Source of the DNA: Glaucostegus cemiculus
Lineage: Eukaryota
Reading direction: 5' to 3'
Assembly: GCA_976551045.1 (NCBI GenBank)
Contig: CDPCPM010000326.1
Location: 248,001-312,000, forward strand
Length of the DNA: 64,000 nucleotides
In this document: positions 38,171 to 51,119 of the stretch, in pieces
How positions within the stretch are numbered: the first letter of the stretch is position 1
How the letters are laid out: each line of letters starts with the position of its first letter
Notes under the pieces: model-generated
The model's database searches: none
Seen by the model: only the letters and a program-made list of their open reading frames with translations
Told to the model about the DNA's origin: nothing
Program-made: the position numbers and the translations under genes

Positions 38171-39106
38171 CCATCAAGGCTTTGTGGCCTCCTAGGTTTG
38201 TGAAAGGTGCTATAGAAAGGGAAATCTGGAATAAAACTAGGTCTCAATTAGTAACAGTGATGATGAATCCACTGGTTCATTAATGTCCCCGAAGTCTAGC
38301 CCAGAGGTAATTCCAGTTCCAAAGAGCTGACTTTTAATTGCCCTCTGAAATGGCTTAGGGAGTCATTGGCAATAGACCAGAATGTCTGCCTTACCAGAGA
38401 TGTCCATGTCCAATGGGCAAATAAATAAAAATAAATCTTTCTCACTTGCCTTCTACCTCCTCAGATCATTAAAGTCGTTTTTGTAATCTTTCATCCTGTC
38501 ACCGCTGCCTTGGAGGACCTCCATGGGACCCTTGTGTGTTGGCCTCTGCCTTGGATAGACTCCACTTCCCATCCACTCTTCTGCCACTGGCTCTGCTGAC
38601 TCCTGTGCATTCTAATCTGGCTCTCATTTCCAACACCAACTCCCCAGTGACACCCTCAGGTTAAACACAGGATTAAATACAGAAATCAGTTTCAATAATG
38701 GTCATTGGCACTTTGCCATTAGGAACTTGATGAAATACTCTGGATAAATAGTCTTTGTAATTGTCACAGTAAATGGGTTCTATCATTCTTTAATAAATCC
38801 CAGTTACCAGTCGTTCAAAATTCTGTTACTTTTATCTTTTGTCATTTCAGTAAATCACAACGAGCAACTAATAGAGTGAAAGAAGCACAAACGAGACAAT
38901 TCGTGAATCTGTCATTTTGTGATTATAAATTATAGAGACATCCACTGGGCCCTCCTTGTCAACGCTTTTCTCCATGAGTTTTCAGTCTAGTTCCACTTAT
39001 CAGCTCCAGTCAGCTGGGTCACCCTTACTCTCAACATGATCATGCCACACTTGGAGAGTAAACAGGTTGTTCTAGTGCCTGGGGCCAATACGTACCTGTA
39101 TATTGG

Positions 39107-40634
39107 TAGATAGATAAGTCAGTGGGACCGGATGAGATATACCCCAGGGTACTGTGGGAGGTGAGGGAAGAGATTGTTGGGGAGTTGACAATGATATTTG
39201 CATCCTCCCTGGCCACAGGAGTGGTACTAGAGGATTGGAAGATGGCAGATGTTGTTCCGTTGTTCAAGAAAGGTAATAGGGATCATCCTGGAAATAATAG
39301 ACCAGTGATTCTTACATCAGTGCTAGGCAAACTATTGGAGAGGATTTTTAGGGACAGGATTTACAAGCATTTGGATAGGCATGGTCTCATTCAGAATGGT
39401 CAACATGGCTTTGTGAGGGCAGGTCGTGCCTCATGAGCCTAATTGTGTTTTTCGAGGAGGAGACAAAACAGTGTATGTGGTGTAGGTGGATTTTAGTAAG
39501 GTGTTTGACAAGGTTCCCCATAGTAGGCTCATCCAGAAATTGATGAGGCATGGGATCCATGGAGACTTGGCTGCGTGGATACAGAATTGGCTTGCCCACA
39601 GAAGGCAGAGGGTGGTAGTAGGTGGAGAATATTCTGCCTGGAGGTTGGTGACCAGAGGTGTTCCACAGGGATCTGTTCTGGGACCCTTGCTCTTTGTGAT
39701 TTTTATAAATAACTTGGATGAGGAAGTGAAAGGGTGGGTTGGTAAGTTTGTGGATGACACGTAGGTTGGAGGTATTGTGGATGATGTAGGAGGTTGTCAT
39801 AGATTACAACGGGATATAGACAGGATGCAGAGTTGGGCAGAGAGGTGGCAGATGGAGTTCAATCCGGAAAAGTGTGAGTTGTTAGGGTGGTTAAGAAGAC
39901 GTATGGTGTGTTTGCCTTCATTAGTCAGGGGATTGAGTTCAAGAGCCGCGAGGTAAAGTTGCAGCTCTATAAAACTCAGGTTAGACCACACTTAGAGTAT
40001 CGTGTTCAGTTCTGATCACCTCACTATTGGAAGGATGTGGAAGCTTTAGAGAGGGTGCAGAGGACATTTACCAGGATGCTGCCTGGATTAGAGAACACTT
40101 CTTATGAGGAAAGGTTGAGTGAGCTAGGGCTTTTCTCTTTGGAGTGATGAAAGATGAGAAGTGACTTGATAGAGGTGTATAAGATCATAAGGGGCATAGA
40201 TAGAGTGGACAGCCAGCACCTTTCCCCAGGGCAGCAATAGCCAACACCAGAGGACATCCGTTTAAGTGCAGAGGAGGAACGTTCAGGGGAGATGTCAGAG
40301 GTAGGTTTTTTACACAGAGAGTGGTAGGTGCCTGGAACACACTGCTTGGGTTGGTGATAGATACACTAGGGACATTTAAAAGGCTCTTAGATAGGCACAT
40401 GGAAGTAAGGGAAATGAAGGGTTATGGGCTGTGCAGGAGGGAAGGGTTAGATAAGATATGATAAGATCTTTATTAGTTACATGTACATCAAAACACACAG
40501 TGAAATACATCTTTGGTGTAGTGATTTTGGGGGGCATCATGGAGATTGATCATGGAGGAGGTGTTATATTGTTTGTCATAACATCATGGGCTGAAGGGCC
40601 TGTAATATGCTGTACTATTCTATGTTCTATGTTC
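39107..40634 (+). mobile_element. CR1 (HER1-like) LINE, 5'-truncated, with internal deletion and a SINE-tail insertion (about 40452-40540)
   Basis: GPDEIYPRVL, WKMADVVPLFKKG, DFSKVFDKVPH, GVPQGSVLGPLLFVIFIN, KFVDDT; (ttctatg)n tail. Confidence 0.95.
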
Positions 40635-40726
40635 ATCTCAGTCAATGTTACTAAAAGGGACTTTTGTGCCATTGTGATAGAGCTGTTGATGGTTGAGAAA
40701 CTGACTAGGGAACAGGAACTTTTAGG

Positions 40727-41017
40727 ATAAGAGATCTTTTATTAGTCACATGCACATCGAAAGACAGTGAAATGCATTTTTGCATAGAGTGTTCTGGGGA
40801 GCAGCTTGCAAATGTCGCCACTCATCCAGCGCCAACATAGCATGCCCACAACTTCCTAACCTGTATATCTTTGAAACGTGGGAGGAAACTGGAGCACCCG
40901 GAGGAAACCCATGCAGACACGGGGAGGATGTACAAACTCCTTACGGACAGTGACTGGACTTGAACCCAGGTCACTGGCGCTGTAAAGTGTTACACTAACC
41001 GCTACACTACCGTGCCT
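40727..41017 (-). mobile_element. Full-length tRNA-derived V-SINE
   Basis: Head GGCACGGTAGTGTAGCGGTTAG (A box) ... GGTTCAAGTCC (B box), V domain, tail tttcgatgtgcatgtgactaataaaa. Confidence 0.88.
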
Positions 41018-41149
41018 GTATCTAATATTGTGCAATGAGAAAAAAATTAATCAACAGTTTTGCTGCAAAGAGTCCACCTGGGAAAAGGTTGTTGTAATAT
41101 GATAGAATTTTCCATTAAGTTCAAAAATGATATGGTTCAAATTGAGACC

Positions 41150-42420
41150 AGGATTTTCAATTTAAACGAAGCGATCTGAAGTTTAAGGGGAAGGCTGGCT
41201 GTTGTAGGTTGGGAAATGACATCAGTAGGTCTGACAGTGGACAGTGCACTTAAAGAAACAATACACAATTTACAACAAATATTTATCCCTTTAAGGCACA
41301 AACCACAACAGGAAAAGTGGTCCAACTATGGATTACAGGAGAAATTAAAGTCAGTGTTAACGTTAGGGAAATAGCGTTGTCAGAAAAAGTGGCAAACACA
41401 AGATTTTCAGAACCCAACAATGATGACCGAGAGATTTATGAAGAAAAAGGGCAGATAGAGTATGAGGGCAAGCTAGTGAGAAGCACAATAACAGATTGAG
41501 AGAGCATCTGTAGGTGTGTAAAAGGAATCGAATGCAAATGTGGTTCCCTTGCAGATAGATGGGAGCATTTATAATGGGAAAGAAGTAAGTGGCAGAGGAA
41601 CTGAACAAATACTTAGTATTGTCTTTGTTGGAAAAGACCAGGCACTTTGTAGAAATAACGGAAGATTGAAGGTGCAATAGGGGAAGTAAAAGGAATTTGT
41701 AATAGTAACAAAATATGACTGGAGAAGCCGGTGAGTATGAAAAGTGGGAAATCCCAGGAAACTGATGATCAACTTCCCAGAGTGTTGGAGGAGGTCTAGG
41801 ATGCTCAGGTTATCATCTTCCAACTTTCTGCAGATTCTAGAATGGTTCCTGCTGATCGGAGGTAAAAGGTGTGAGCCCACCGTTTAACAAAGAGGGAAAC
41901 TGCTGGAATCTATACTAGAAAATGTGATGTCAAAGCATAGAGAAAATAATATGGTGGATCAGAGTCAACATGGATTAATGAAAAGGGAACTCATGTTTGA
42001 TTTATCTACAGGAGCTCTTTGACAAGGTATCTCTTGGATGGATCAAGAGCAACGTGGAGGTGGTATACCTGTATTTTCAGAACACTCAGCAAAGTTCCAA
42101 TTGATGAACATCAGAACAGGTAGAATTGGAGTAATACAAGTGTGGATTGAGAGCTGGTTAACAGATTGAAGAGAATGAATCAGAAAAACAGTCCTTCTCG
42201 GGTTGGCAGGCTGTGATTTCACAGGGTATAACGGATCGGTGCTTGGGTCCCAGCTCCTGATAATATTTACCACTGAATTGGCTGACGGGACCAAACGCAA
42301 CATTTCCAAGTTTGCTGTTGACACAAAAGTTAAGCAGTAATGTGATGATGATATCGACAGGGTGAGTGTATGCAGGATAGCATGGCTGGTGAGGTGAAGG
42401 TAGGGAAAACTGAAACACAG
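41150..42420 (+). mobile_element. Old decayed CR1 LINE ORF2
   Basis: agagtcaacatggatt (SQHG), ggatcggtgcttgggtcccagct (GSVLGP), tccaagtttgctgttgacacaaa (SKFAxDT). Confidence 0.7.
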
Positions 42421-42859
42421 GTTGTCTGTCTAAAGTAGTAATAGATTAGGAAGTGTGAATGTGCAAACCTTTAATGGTGACAATGATGATGGTTAAACAG
42501 GGTTTCTGATTTGGGAAAAGGTGCTGAGCCTCATTAGGAGATCCTGGGTTTCAGAACTAAAAGCTCAAAAGAGTTTGGTACCAAGAAGCATTTTAGTACA
42601 CCAGAGAAGGATAGAGAGGCAGAGAAATTTGGGAAACTGCAGGCTTGGGCGACAGCTGAAAGGCAGAGCAGCCAATGATGAAAGACTAACTTTAGGGGTG
42701 AGCAAGGACTGGAGGAGCATGGGAGTTACAGGAGGAGCCACTGAGGCAGCGGTGATGGGGGGTGGAATGGAAGCGGCTGGTGGTTGTGATGGAGGGGATA
42801 TGCAATGTGTTAGATTTTTACTGTCATTAATTCTCAGTGGGAGGCAAACAATATATCTA

Positions 42860-43143
42860 CGTTTCGTCTTCAGTCAACGTTGGTTGTTGAGGAAGCCTTT
42901 GCTCACATTTCACCTGACAGCTTGATGAACTGAACTTTAAGAACCATTCCTGGAGTTTGGGAACTGGCCACACACACTTCGAGTTTAGTTTTTGGGGTTA
43001 ATGTTTAAGATTTAACATTTTTACTTCTAACATTCTAACATTTTTACTTTTATATTTCTTTATTATTAGAAGTAGTTATTAATAAAGTAGGTTTTAAACA
43101 CATACATGACTCGGTGTGTTTCTTTTGTTGATGGTTCATAACA
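42860..43143 (+). mobile_element. Probable LTR fragment (3' part)
   Basis: AT-rich run, AATAAA at 43081, U5-like gactcggtgtgtttcttttgttg ending ATAACA. 5' end and TSD not found. Confidence 0.4.
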
Positions 43144-43974
43144 GTACTAAATTATGGAGAGTACTAAACTAACCACCCTGTTACCCAACTCACTTCACAA
43201 CTGGCTAACCAGTTGGCTGGGCTGGACCAAGGCTATTTGAGGTGAAAGGTCAATGCCCTCATTCAATTTTTAATGGCCAAGTTTTTGACTATAATTGAAG
43301 AGTTGAGTTGAGCTTACAACAGGCACTGATGGATTAGAGCAGCTCGGTGCAGTGACAGCCTCAGTGAATGAAGTGCATTGTTGAGGAATAAATGCCTGGG
43401 ATACGAGTACGAACAAAGTGCCAGTGATGGAAGAATATGCAGTGTGGCTCGTGTTATTTAGGTCAACGCAAGTAGAGCAGAGGAAAAAAATCACCCCTAT
43501 GGCTCAATTAATGCAAGGTTCACACTATACCTTTTCCATATCACTAAACTGTAAAAAGCACACATCCTACCAAAATTATTCATAAATTCTGTGGCTCATT
43601 ATGGGATTGAGTGAACGCTAAGCTTATTTTACTGCAGAGCACCTCTCACAGTTGCCTCTTGCCCACCTGACCATCACACAGAACTCAGCTGCCCAACAGG
43701 TCTACAAAGTGAGGAGGTTGCTCTTCACGATAAGATACTTTTCACTTCACAGCGACATTCCTCAGTGGCTCCCAGCACTCTCCAGACCCCAAAGGGATGC
43801 AACCATGGATTTTAGCGGTGAGTGGATCTTCAATCTTGCAGACAAAACTGACCTAAGCATTTGGACTGTCCTAGGAACTCTTCAGACTTTTGATTTTCTG
43901 ATTGCAGACACTCCCCGAGTGCTTCCCTTTGACCAGAGACCTGGCTGTGGGCTATCATACCTGCTTAAACTTCT

Positions 43975-44280
43975 AGTATAGGAGGCCATTTAGCCCAACG
44001 AGTCTCTGCCACCTCCGAGAGCAATCTTGCAACTTATTCTCTCTCACATGCCCAGCTACTCCGCACTTTAGCTTCCTGCCACCCATCTACACAAGGAACA
44101 ATATACCAGTTAACATACCAACACATCTTTGAGATGTGGGAGCTCCTGGAGTGGTGGTGGGAGAGGTAATCCACACAACCACAGGGAGAACGTGCAAATT
44201 CCACACAGACAGCATCGGAGGTCAGGACTGAACCTGGGTAGCAGGAGCTGAGAATTAGCTGAACTGCCTGCCACACCATT
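43975..44280 (-). mobile_element. V-SINE (HE1-like)
   Basis: acagggagaacgtgcaaattccacacagacagca..gaggtcaggactgaacctggg. Confidence 0.75.
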
Positions 44281-44559
44281 GAGCCACTCTTAACATAGTG
44301 AAGTGTCTGAGTGTTTCAAAGGAATGTTATCAAGCAACAGCCTTGAAGGTACACACTGATTGATCACAGAGGGTTGGAGGTGATTGTAGAGGGAGGGAGG
44401 GACAAGGCCATGTTGGGAACTGTAGACGGAGAGGAGAATTTTAATACTGAGGCATTGTCCACCCAATCCCAAGTCGGTGTGCCCAGTGGAAGTCAGATTA
44501 ATGTAACTTGGAATGAAACACAACAACTGCAGAAAGAATGTGTAAAGATCATCACCTCT

Positions 44560-44850
44560 GGTTAGGATGTTTAATGGGCCTGTGTACTTGTTCACGTGCC
44601 CAGAGAAGATATGAAGTGACATTTTTTGAAGAAATTTGCAGAAAGTTCTTCGCTCTGATTGGGCTGACATCTGTCCTTAACTAAGACCATCGAACGCAGG
44701 TTAACCAGTTATGCGTCACACTACTGTTAGCTAGACCTTGCTGAGGTAAGTTGGCTGCTGTATTTGTCCATTTTGCAGCTGATGGGTTGGGTCAGAAGTA
44801 CTTTGAGGCATCCAGTGTATGTGACAAAGTGAGGCAAATGCGAACTGCCT
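44560..44850 (+). mobile_element. Deu-domain SINE, old
   Basis: gacattttttgaagaa...gaccttgctgaggtaagttggctgctgtatttg...tactttgaggcatcc. Confidence 0.55.
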
Positions 44851-45344
44851 CTTTATTAAGCATTAACTTGTGAAGGAGGGAATCAGAGGCAACAGCTCTG
44901 ACAGGGAGACTAGAAGTGCACTTTGCTCATCGATTAATGGCTCCTCTTTGGCCATTATCTAAACTGTCCTTACAAAACCCGGCATGTACACCTATCAAAA
45001 GATGATCTTTTTTCCGTTCCAGGCAGTTGTTATTTTGATGTCTAAAGGAGCAGTCTCAAGAACAGCCAGCATTCCCAGGCACTTTTGACATCCATTGGGC
45101 TGTGACTCGAATGTACTTCAAAGGTCAAGAACAGCAGACGTTCCACTTTAGTGGTTAGATTAAGAAGAGCAATGAATTTGGCAGGATGCCATTAATGCAC
45201 ACTGAAAGTTTGGATTTCAGATATGAGGCTCAAGATTGGTAGATGTGAGGTGATCAATGTATTTGCCTGGGTTATTACTGTCGTAGGCTGAACCATAGCA
45301 AAGAACCATTAGATGGAGCACGAATTGAGGAGAATCCCAAGTCA

Positions 45345-45795
45345 CTGAGGGTGCAGAAGAGATTCACCGGATGTTATCTGTGTTGGAGGACAGTTATTGG
45401 AGAAACTGGATAGGCTGGGCTTGTTTTCCCTGGAGTGAAGGAGGCTGAGGGGTGATGATAGGTGGTGTATGTAAGATTATGAGAGTCAGAGATAGGGCAG
45501 ATGGTTAAAATCTTTTTCCCATGGAATTAACAAACAAGAGGCAACATTTAAGTGAAGGAAGGAGTTTTAAAGGGGATATGAGGGGGAAGTTTTATTTTAC
45601 ACAAAGAGTGGTTGATATCTGGAACACACTGCCTAAGGAGGTAAAATCAGACACAATCACATTTAACGTATTTAGACAGACACTTAAGGTATAGAAAAAT
45701 TCAGACCTCATGTGACCAAACTAGATTGGTGTAGATGGGCAAAAATGTTAGCATGGATGGGATGGGCCAAAGGGCCTTAATCTGTGCTGTCTGAC
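45345..45795 (+). mobile_element. CR1 LINE 3' fragment
   Basis: gagggtgcagaagagattcaccgg...ttttacacaaagagtggtt...gggccaaagggcc. Confidence 0.8.
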
Positions 45796-48734
45796 TCGCT
45801 AACTCTGTAATGGGTTATTTTTCCAGTCTTGTAACTGTGTGGTTCAGGACACCAAATGTGTTTTTCTTACAGTTTATTGCACTTAAAAAGTCAGGAATGA
45901 TTATCCCAGCTCCTGGCAAACCACCAGGACAGTGCGTGAGAGATAAGGGGAGTCAGTGAGGAGTTCGGGGTGGGGGCAGTGTCTGGGGTGGGCAAGTCTG
46001 GAGAGAATTGGGGGAGTCGAATGGGGGTCCAATGGGAGTCCACATTTCCTGGGTGTCAGAGAAGAGCATGAGGCACAAGCCTAGCACTGATGTTGCAATC
46101 AGCGTTGTGGAGACACCTTCAGGTTCCTGGTGCATTTTGTCCTGGTTCTGTCTGTTGGGTAAAGGAATCTAGAAGTACTTCTCAAAGGGTCCTGCCCTAG
46201 ATCCCTGAACAATCTGATCCCAGGGAAGACAGAGAATGCAGCTCAGGAAGACTGAAGCAGTTGGAGCTCTCTGGTTGCAATCACCTCCAGGTTTGGCTGC
46301 TACAACATCCTGGCTGTAGATGTCCTTTACCCTCTCTAATCCTAATCTGTACAAAACTCCTGGCCCTCAGTAACTCTCACTTGTCCCTTGCCTCTTCAAC
46401 GGAACAAACTCTGCATCACAGTCACGTTGGTCTTAAAAAACTTCTCTTTAACCCAGGCCTTCCCTCACCACGTTCTCTGATCCCTTCTTTTTGACCATTT
46501 CAGAACAATACCTCACCCACTTCCCTCCACCAATCCCACCACTGACAGCCATGCCTTCAGCTGCCTGTGTCCTGTGTTCTTCCTAACAGTCACCACCTCT
46601 TTCCCCTGCTGCATCCCCAATTATCCACCTTGCATTGCCCTGGAATCTAAGATTCTGCAGTCTGCAGGGGTTCAAAAACAACACAAGATCTTGAGTCCTT
46701 GGTCTGAAGAGTGGACAAGAACCCACATGAACGCAAGAGCAAGAATAGATCACTGTTCACTCTGACCATGGCTGATCTATACTGACCTCAACTCCTCTTC
46801 TGTGCCATTTCCCTGTAACCCTCAATTCCTTGATCTTTCAAATAGTTACCTTTCTTCACTGTCAATATTTCTAATGAGCTAGCAAGATAAATTGAGAGGC
46901 TGAGTGCTCCGTAACCTTTTGTTATAAAGGCCAAGGCATCCTGTGTCTGCAATAAACTCAGAGCTGCAGGAATCACCGAGAGAAGCTGGAGAGGAGCCCA
47001 GGGAAGGGGTAGGAAGAGCACACCCCAGAGACTTACCCCCCTTGAACAAAACTTATGATCACCCTTCCATCTGTATTCCCTAGGCCCATTATGTTGAAGG
47101 TACTTTATAAATCCAGGCAGCATCTAATCAGCTGTGACCTCAGTGCATCCTGCCTCATCCACAATCCTGCTCTTTCCCAATTGCTCTTCCAAGTGGAGCT
47201 CCTCCTTCCCTGCCGGATTCATTCCCATCCATTATTATCAGATGACTGCTGAGCAGAGCGACCATCTCTGCAGATGAATTATGACAGGCCTTCTTAACAT
47301 ACTAATTGAGACTCTTATTACTTATTACTATCATCAGCTCAGTTGTCCTGAATGTGTTGCCAACTTATTATCAATTATCAAGAGTTCCATAACATCTGAA
47401 GAGAGAAGGAGAAAGAGAGAGACAGACAACATGGTAATTAAACTACTGAGTCCTCAAAAAGGTTGCATAGGTATATGAGGCATTTAATTAAGATTTAGAT
47501 AAATGCCGACTTAACAAGACAGGTCCCTCGATAACAATCAGACAGACATCCTTGTCAGATTCTGTGTAGGGAAACACCTTGATAGAAATTTTATGCAATG
47601 GATTTGCTTTGTAGCACAAGACAGTGCTGATTGCCAGCAGGGGAATGTGGCTCTGAAACCCAGTGTAACCAAGACACAGCTCAGCCTGAGATTCCTTTCT
47701 TCAGGCGGTGAGCTGAGGCTGACACAAGTTTAGAATGTTATGTATATGGAAGAATGTAGTCAAAGGAAGACAGCCCTGCATTTCTGTAGAACCCTTCGTA
47801 TCCTTTCCAAAGCCATATTGCCAATTCCGAACTTGTGTAAAGTTGCAAACATAACAGCTAATTTCTGTAAAAAAAGCTGCCACATACAGCAATGTGATAA
47901 CACCCAGCCTTACCCAGTGTGAGAGAACACCATGGGAAACCACCCCCTTCACTCCATCTGGCCAAGGCAGCTTTTACATCACTGACTGGAGCAGTTTCAC
48001 ATGCTGCCTCCAACAGTACAGCACCTCCTTACTTCCCCACTCCATTGCTGGCCTGGATTTTTGTGCTTCAGTCTTTAAAGTGAGAGACAAGGCCAGAGTG
48101 TGATCCACTGGAACACAGCTGACATGGAGGGTGAGGATTTGCAGAGTGTGGCACACTGCCTGCACACAGCCCCAGGGTACACAGTGATCCCACATACCCA
48201 TAGTGTGAACATGCTGAGCAACACCTCAGTGCCAGCATCTCACACTACATCTAACTATCCCTCATATCCAGAAACACAATGTATCCAAATCAAAGAAAGA
48301 AATTAAAAATATTTTAAAAAACATATAACGTGATCTTTGCCAGGTTTTAGGTGCTTGTTAGTTCCTGTGAATTCAGGCGTTTCTGCTCTACCACAGAACA
48401 AACCTGCATCGGGTGGTAAAGTTCCACCTGATTGACTAGAAAATTTGATGTTCAGTTTCTGGGAGCTGGCTGTGCACAAGTTGACTGCCACGTTTCCAAT
48501 AATACAGCAGTTCTTCCGTGACTGTAAAGCACTTTGTGATGTCCAGAAGGCACAGTGGACATGAGAGAAATGTCCCAATGAGCTGCCTGGAGTGCTCTGA
48601 TTGACACTGACCTGTGCTTCCCCATTTACCCAGGTTATGATCATAAAGACATATTCAATCCCACTTAGAAACCAACATCTGTTACCGACGGTAAAGGAAT
48701 AATGCATGTTGCTGTTCTAGGTTAAAGGATGAAA

Positions 48735-48890
48735 ATAAAAAAAACTGCAGATGCCGTAAAACTGAAATAAAAACAGAGAATGCTGGAAAAACTCAGCAGG
48801 TCAGGCAGCATCTGTGGAGGGAAATGGACTCAGCATTTCATCTGGACTCAAGATTTGCAACCATTTGTCAGAACTGGGAAAGAGAGACAT
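48735..48890 (+). mobile_element. Penelope-like terminal fragment
   Basis: ctgcagatgccgtaaaactgaaataaaaacagagaatgctggaaaaactcagcaggtcaggcagcatctgtggag. Confidence 0.55.
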
Positions 48891-48898
48891 ACTCATCA

Positions 48899-50697
48899 CT
48901 ACCAGACCAGTTGAATTAATTTTGTGCAAGGTTTGAGGCCATGAACAATACACCTGCCTTGAAAGCCCGGCCTTCGCCAGAAGAACAGGCTTTGAGACTC
49001 ACCCCAGCCAGTGTGGGGAAAGCCCTTTTACAGGTTAACCCTCGGAAGGCTGCGGGACCGGATAACATACTGGGGCGGATACTTAGGGACTGTGCGGACC
49101 AGCTTAAAGACGTACTGGCTGACATCTTCAACATCTCCCTACAGCAGGCTGTTGTTCCTAAGTGCCTAAAATCTGCCACCATCATACCTGTTCCTAAGAA
49201 GTCTCCTCCAATGTGTCTGAATGACTACCATCCCAAAGCTCTAACACCAGTTGTCATGAAATGCTTTGAGAGGCTAGTTATGAAGCACATTAGAGCCATC
49301 CTCCCCCATCCTTGGATCCTCATCAGTATGCTTATCGGGCAAACAGGTCCACCGATGATGCAGTCTCCTCTGCCATGCACTCTGCACTATATCACTTAGA
49401 GAAGAAGGATTCATACTGCTGACTGCTATTCATCGACTTCAGCTCCGCTTTCAATACCATCATCCTGCAACAGCTAATCAGGAAGTTGAGCGCTCTGGGC
49501 ATTAACTCTCCTCTCTGCAACTGGATACTGGATTTTCTAACTTGCAGGCCACAGTCAGTCAAAATTGGTGAAAACACCTCAAGCACCATCACACTGAGCA
49601 CTGGCTCCCCACAGGGTTGTGTGCTCAGTCCGCTCCTGTTCACCTTGTTGACTCACGACTGTGAGGCCAGATTCAGCTCCAACCCCATTGTTAAATTTGC
49701 CGATGACACGACAGTGGTGGGTCTTGTCACGAATGACGATGAGTCGGACTACAGAGAGGAGGTGAAACAACTAGCCGTGTGGTGCCATGACAACAACCTC
49801 TCCTTGAATGTGGATAAAACCAAGGAGATGATAGTGGATTTTAGGAGGGGTCACCGTGTGCACGCTCCGCTGACCATCAACGGATCTGCCGTGGAACAAG
49901 TATGCAGCACCAAGTTCCTGGGGGTGCACATCACCGACGACCTGACCTGGTCCACTAACATTACGGCCCTCACGAAGAAAGCTCAGAAACGCCTCTACTT
50001 CCTGCGGAGACTGAGGAAAGCGTACCCCCATCCCTCTGTCATGAAAACCTTCTATAGGGGGACCATTGAGAGCATCCTAACTCAATGTATCACTGTTTGG
50101 TTTGGAAGCTGCTCAGCTGCTGGGCAGAAGTCCCTCGCAGTGGAGTGGATCATAGGTGTCTCGCTTCCATCCCTCGCAGACATATACAAAGACCGTTGTG
50201 TGAGGAAGACCAAAAGCATAATGGCCGACCCTTCTCACCCCTCCCACCACCTCTTCACAATTTTGCCATCAGGGAGGAGACTTAAATGTATCAGGGCAGG
50301 AACGACCAGGCTGAACAATAGCTTCTTTCTGCAAGCCATCAGAACTGCAAACTCTCTCATCCCTCCATCTTCCTTTGTTAACACTAAGAGATGCTAGGTG
50401 CACAGAAATGCACCAGCACTTTAAATGCCCGACACCAGCCCGTACACTTTAATAACTATTTATTTATTTACCAGCCATTTTTAATTTAATCTGCGTACTA
50501 ATTTAATTTTAACTTCTGTAGCTTTTAATGTTTAATGTTTTGTAATGTTTATTCTGTCAAGTGTGTATGTGTGTCTCTGTTGGTTGTTATGTTATTTTTT
50601 ATGGGACGAGCACCTGAGGAGGACGGTATCTCGCTCCTATGCATACTATGTATGTATATGGTTGTGACAATAAAAACTGATTCTGATTCTGATTCTG
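48899..50697 (+). mobile_element. Rex1/Babar-type LINE, 5'-truncated, same family as 29525-31288
   Basis: ORFs 48941..49399 and 49486..50397 carry [47 protein letters not shown]; (gattct)n tail. Confidence 0.95.
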
Positions 50698-50864
50698 AAA
50701 TACGAGTCAGCTTCCCAGAAGGAACCTTCACCATTGAAGGGTTACAGGCACTGTGGCTGCTGTCCCTGACACTTGCATGTGCTCTGCCCTGTGGGAGCTG
50801 TAAGGAGTGAGCTCTTCGTCGAGGAATAGTTAACCACATTCCTTGGGAGAATCTCCAGCCCAAA

Positions 50865-51119
50865 TGTAGGTCACCAGGTTCCTGGGAACGGGATACGATC
50901 GAGTCAACTCGAGGAACTGACTCAGCTGGGTCAGGGTTGGTACACGTGACTCAAGTCTGCTGTAAGCTGTCTCTGTGAACGTGTGCACATTTTTTTCACA
51001 TTTAACTATTTATTATTGTGCACCTTGCTCTTTCTCATCATAGGTTCAACTACCTACGATGATAAAACTTTCATACCGGTGTCCGTCTGTTGTAATCTAT
51101 CAGGATTACACTACCTACA
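50865..51119 (+). mobile_element. Possible solo LTR (255 bp)
   Basis: Inverted termini TGTAGGT...ACCTACA and higher CpG content than the flanks; no matching TSD. Confidence 0.4.

Noticed and set aside
40950-41017. tRNA gene
   Set aside because: The A/B boxes belong to a SINE head followed by a V domain; no full cloverleaf.
45022-45124. Strong plus-strand acceptor (cttttttccgttccAG)
   Set aside because: All frames stop before any plausible donor.
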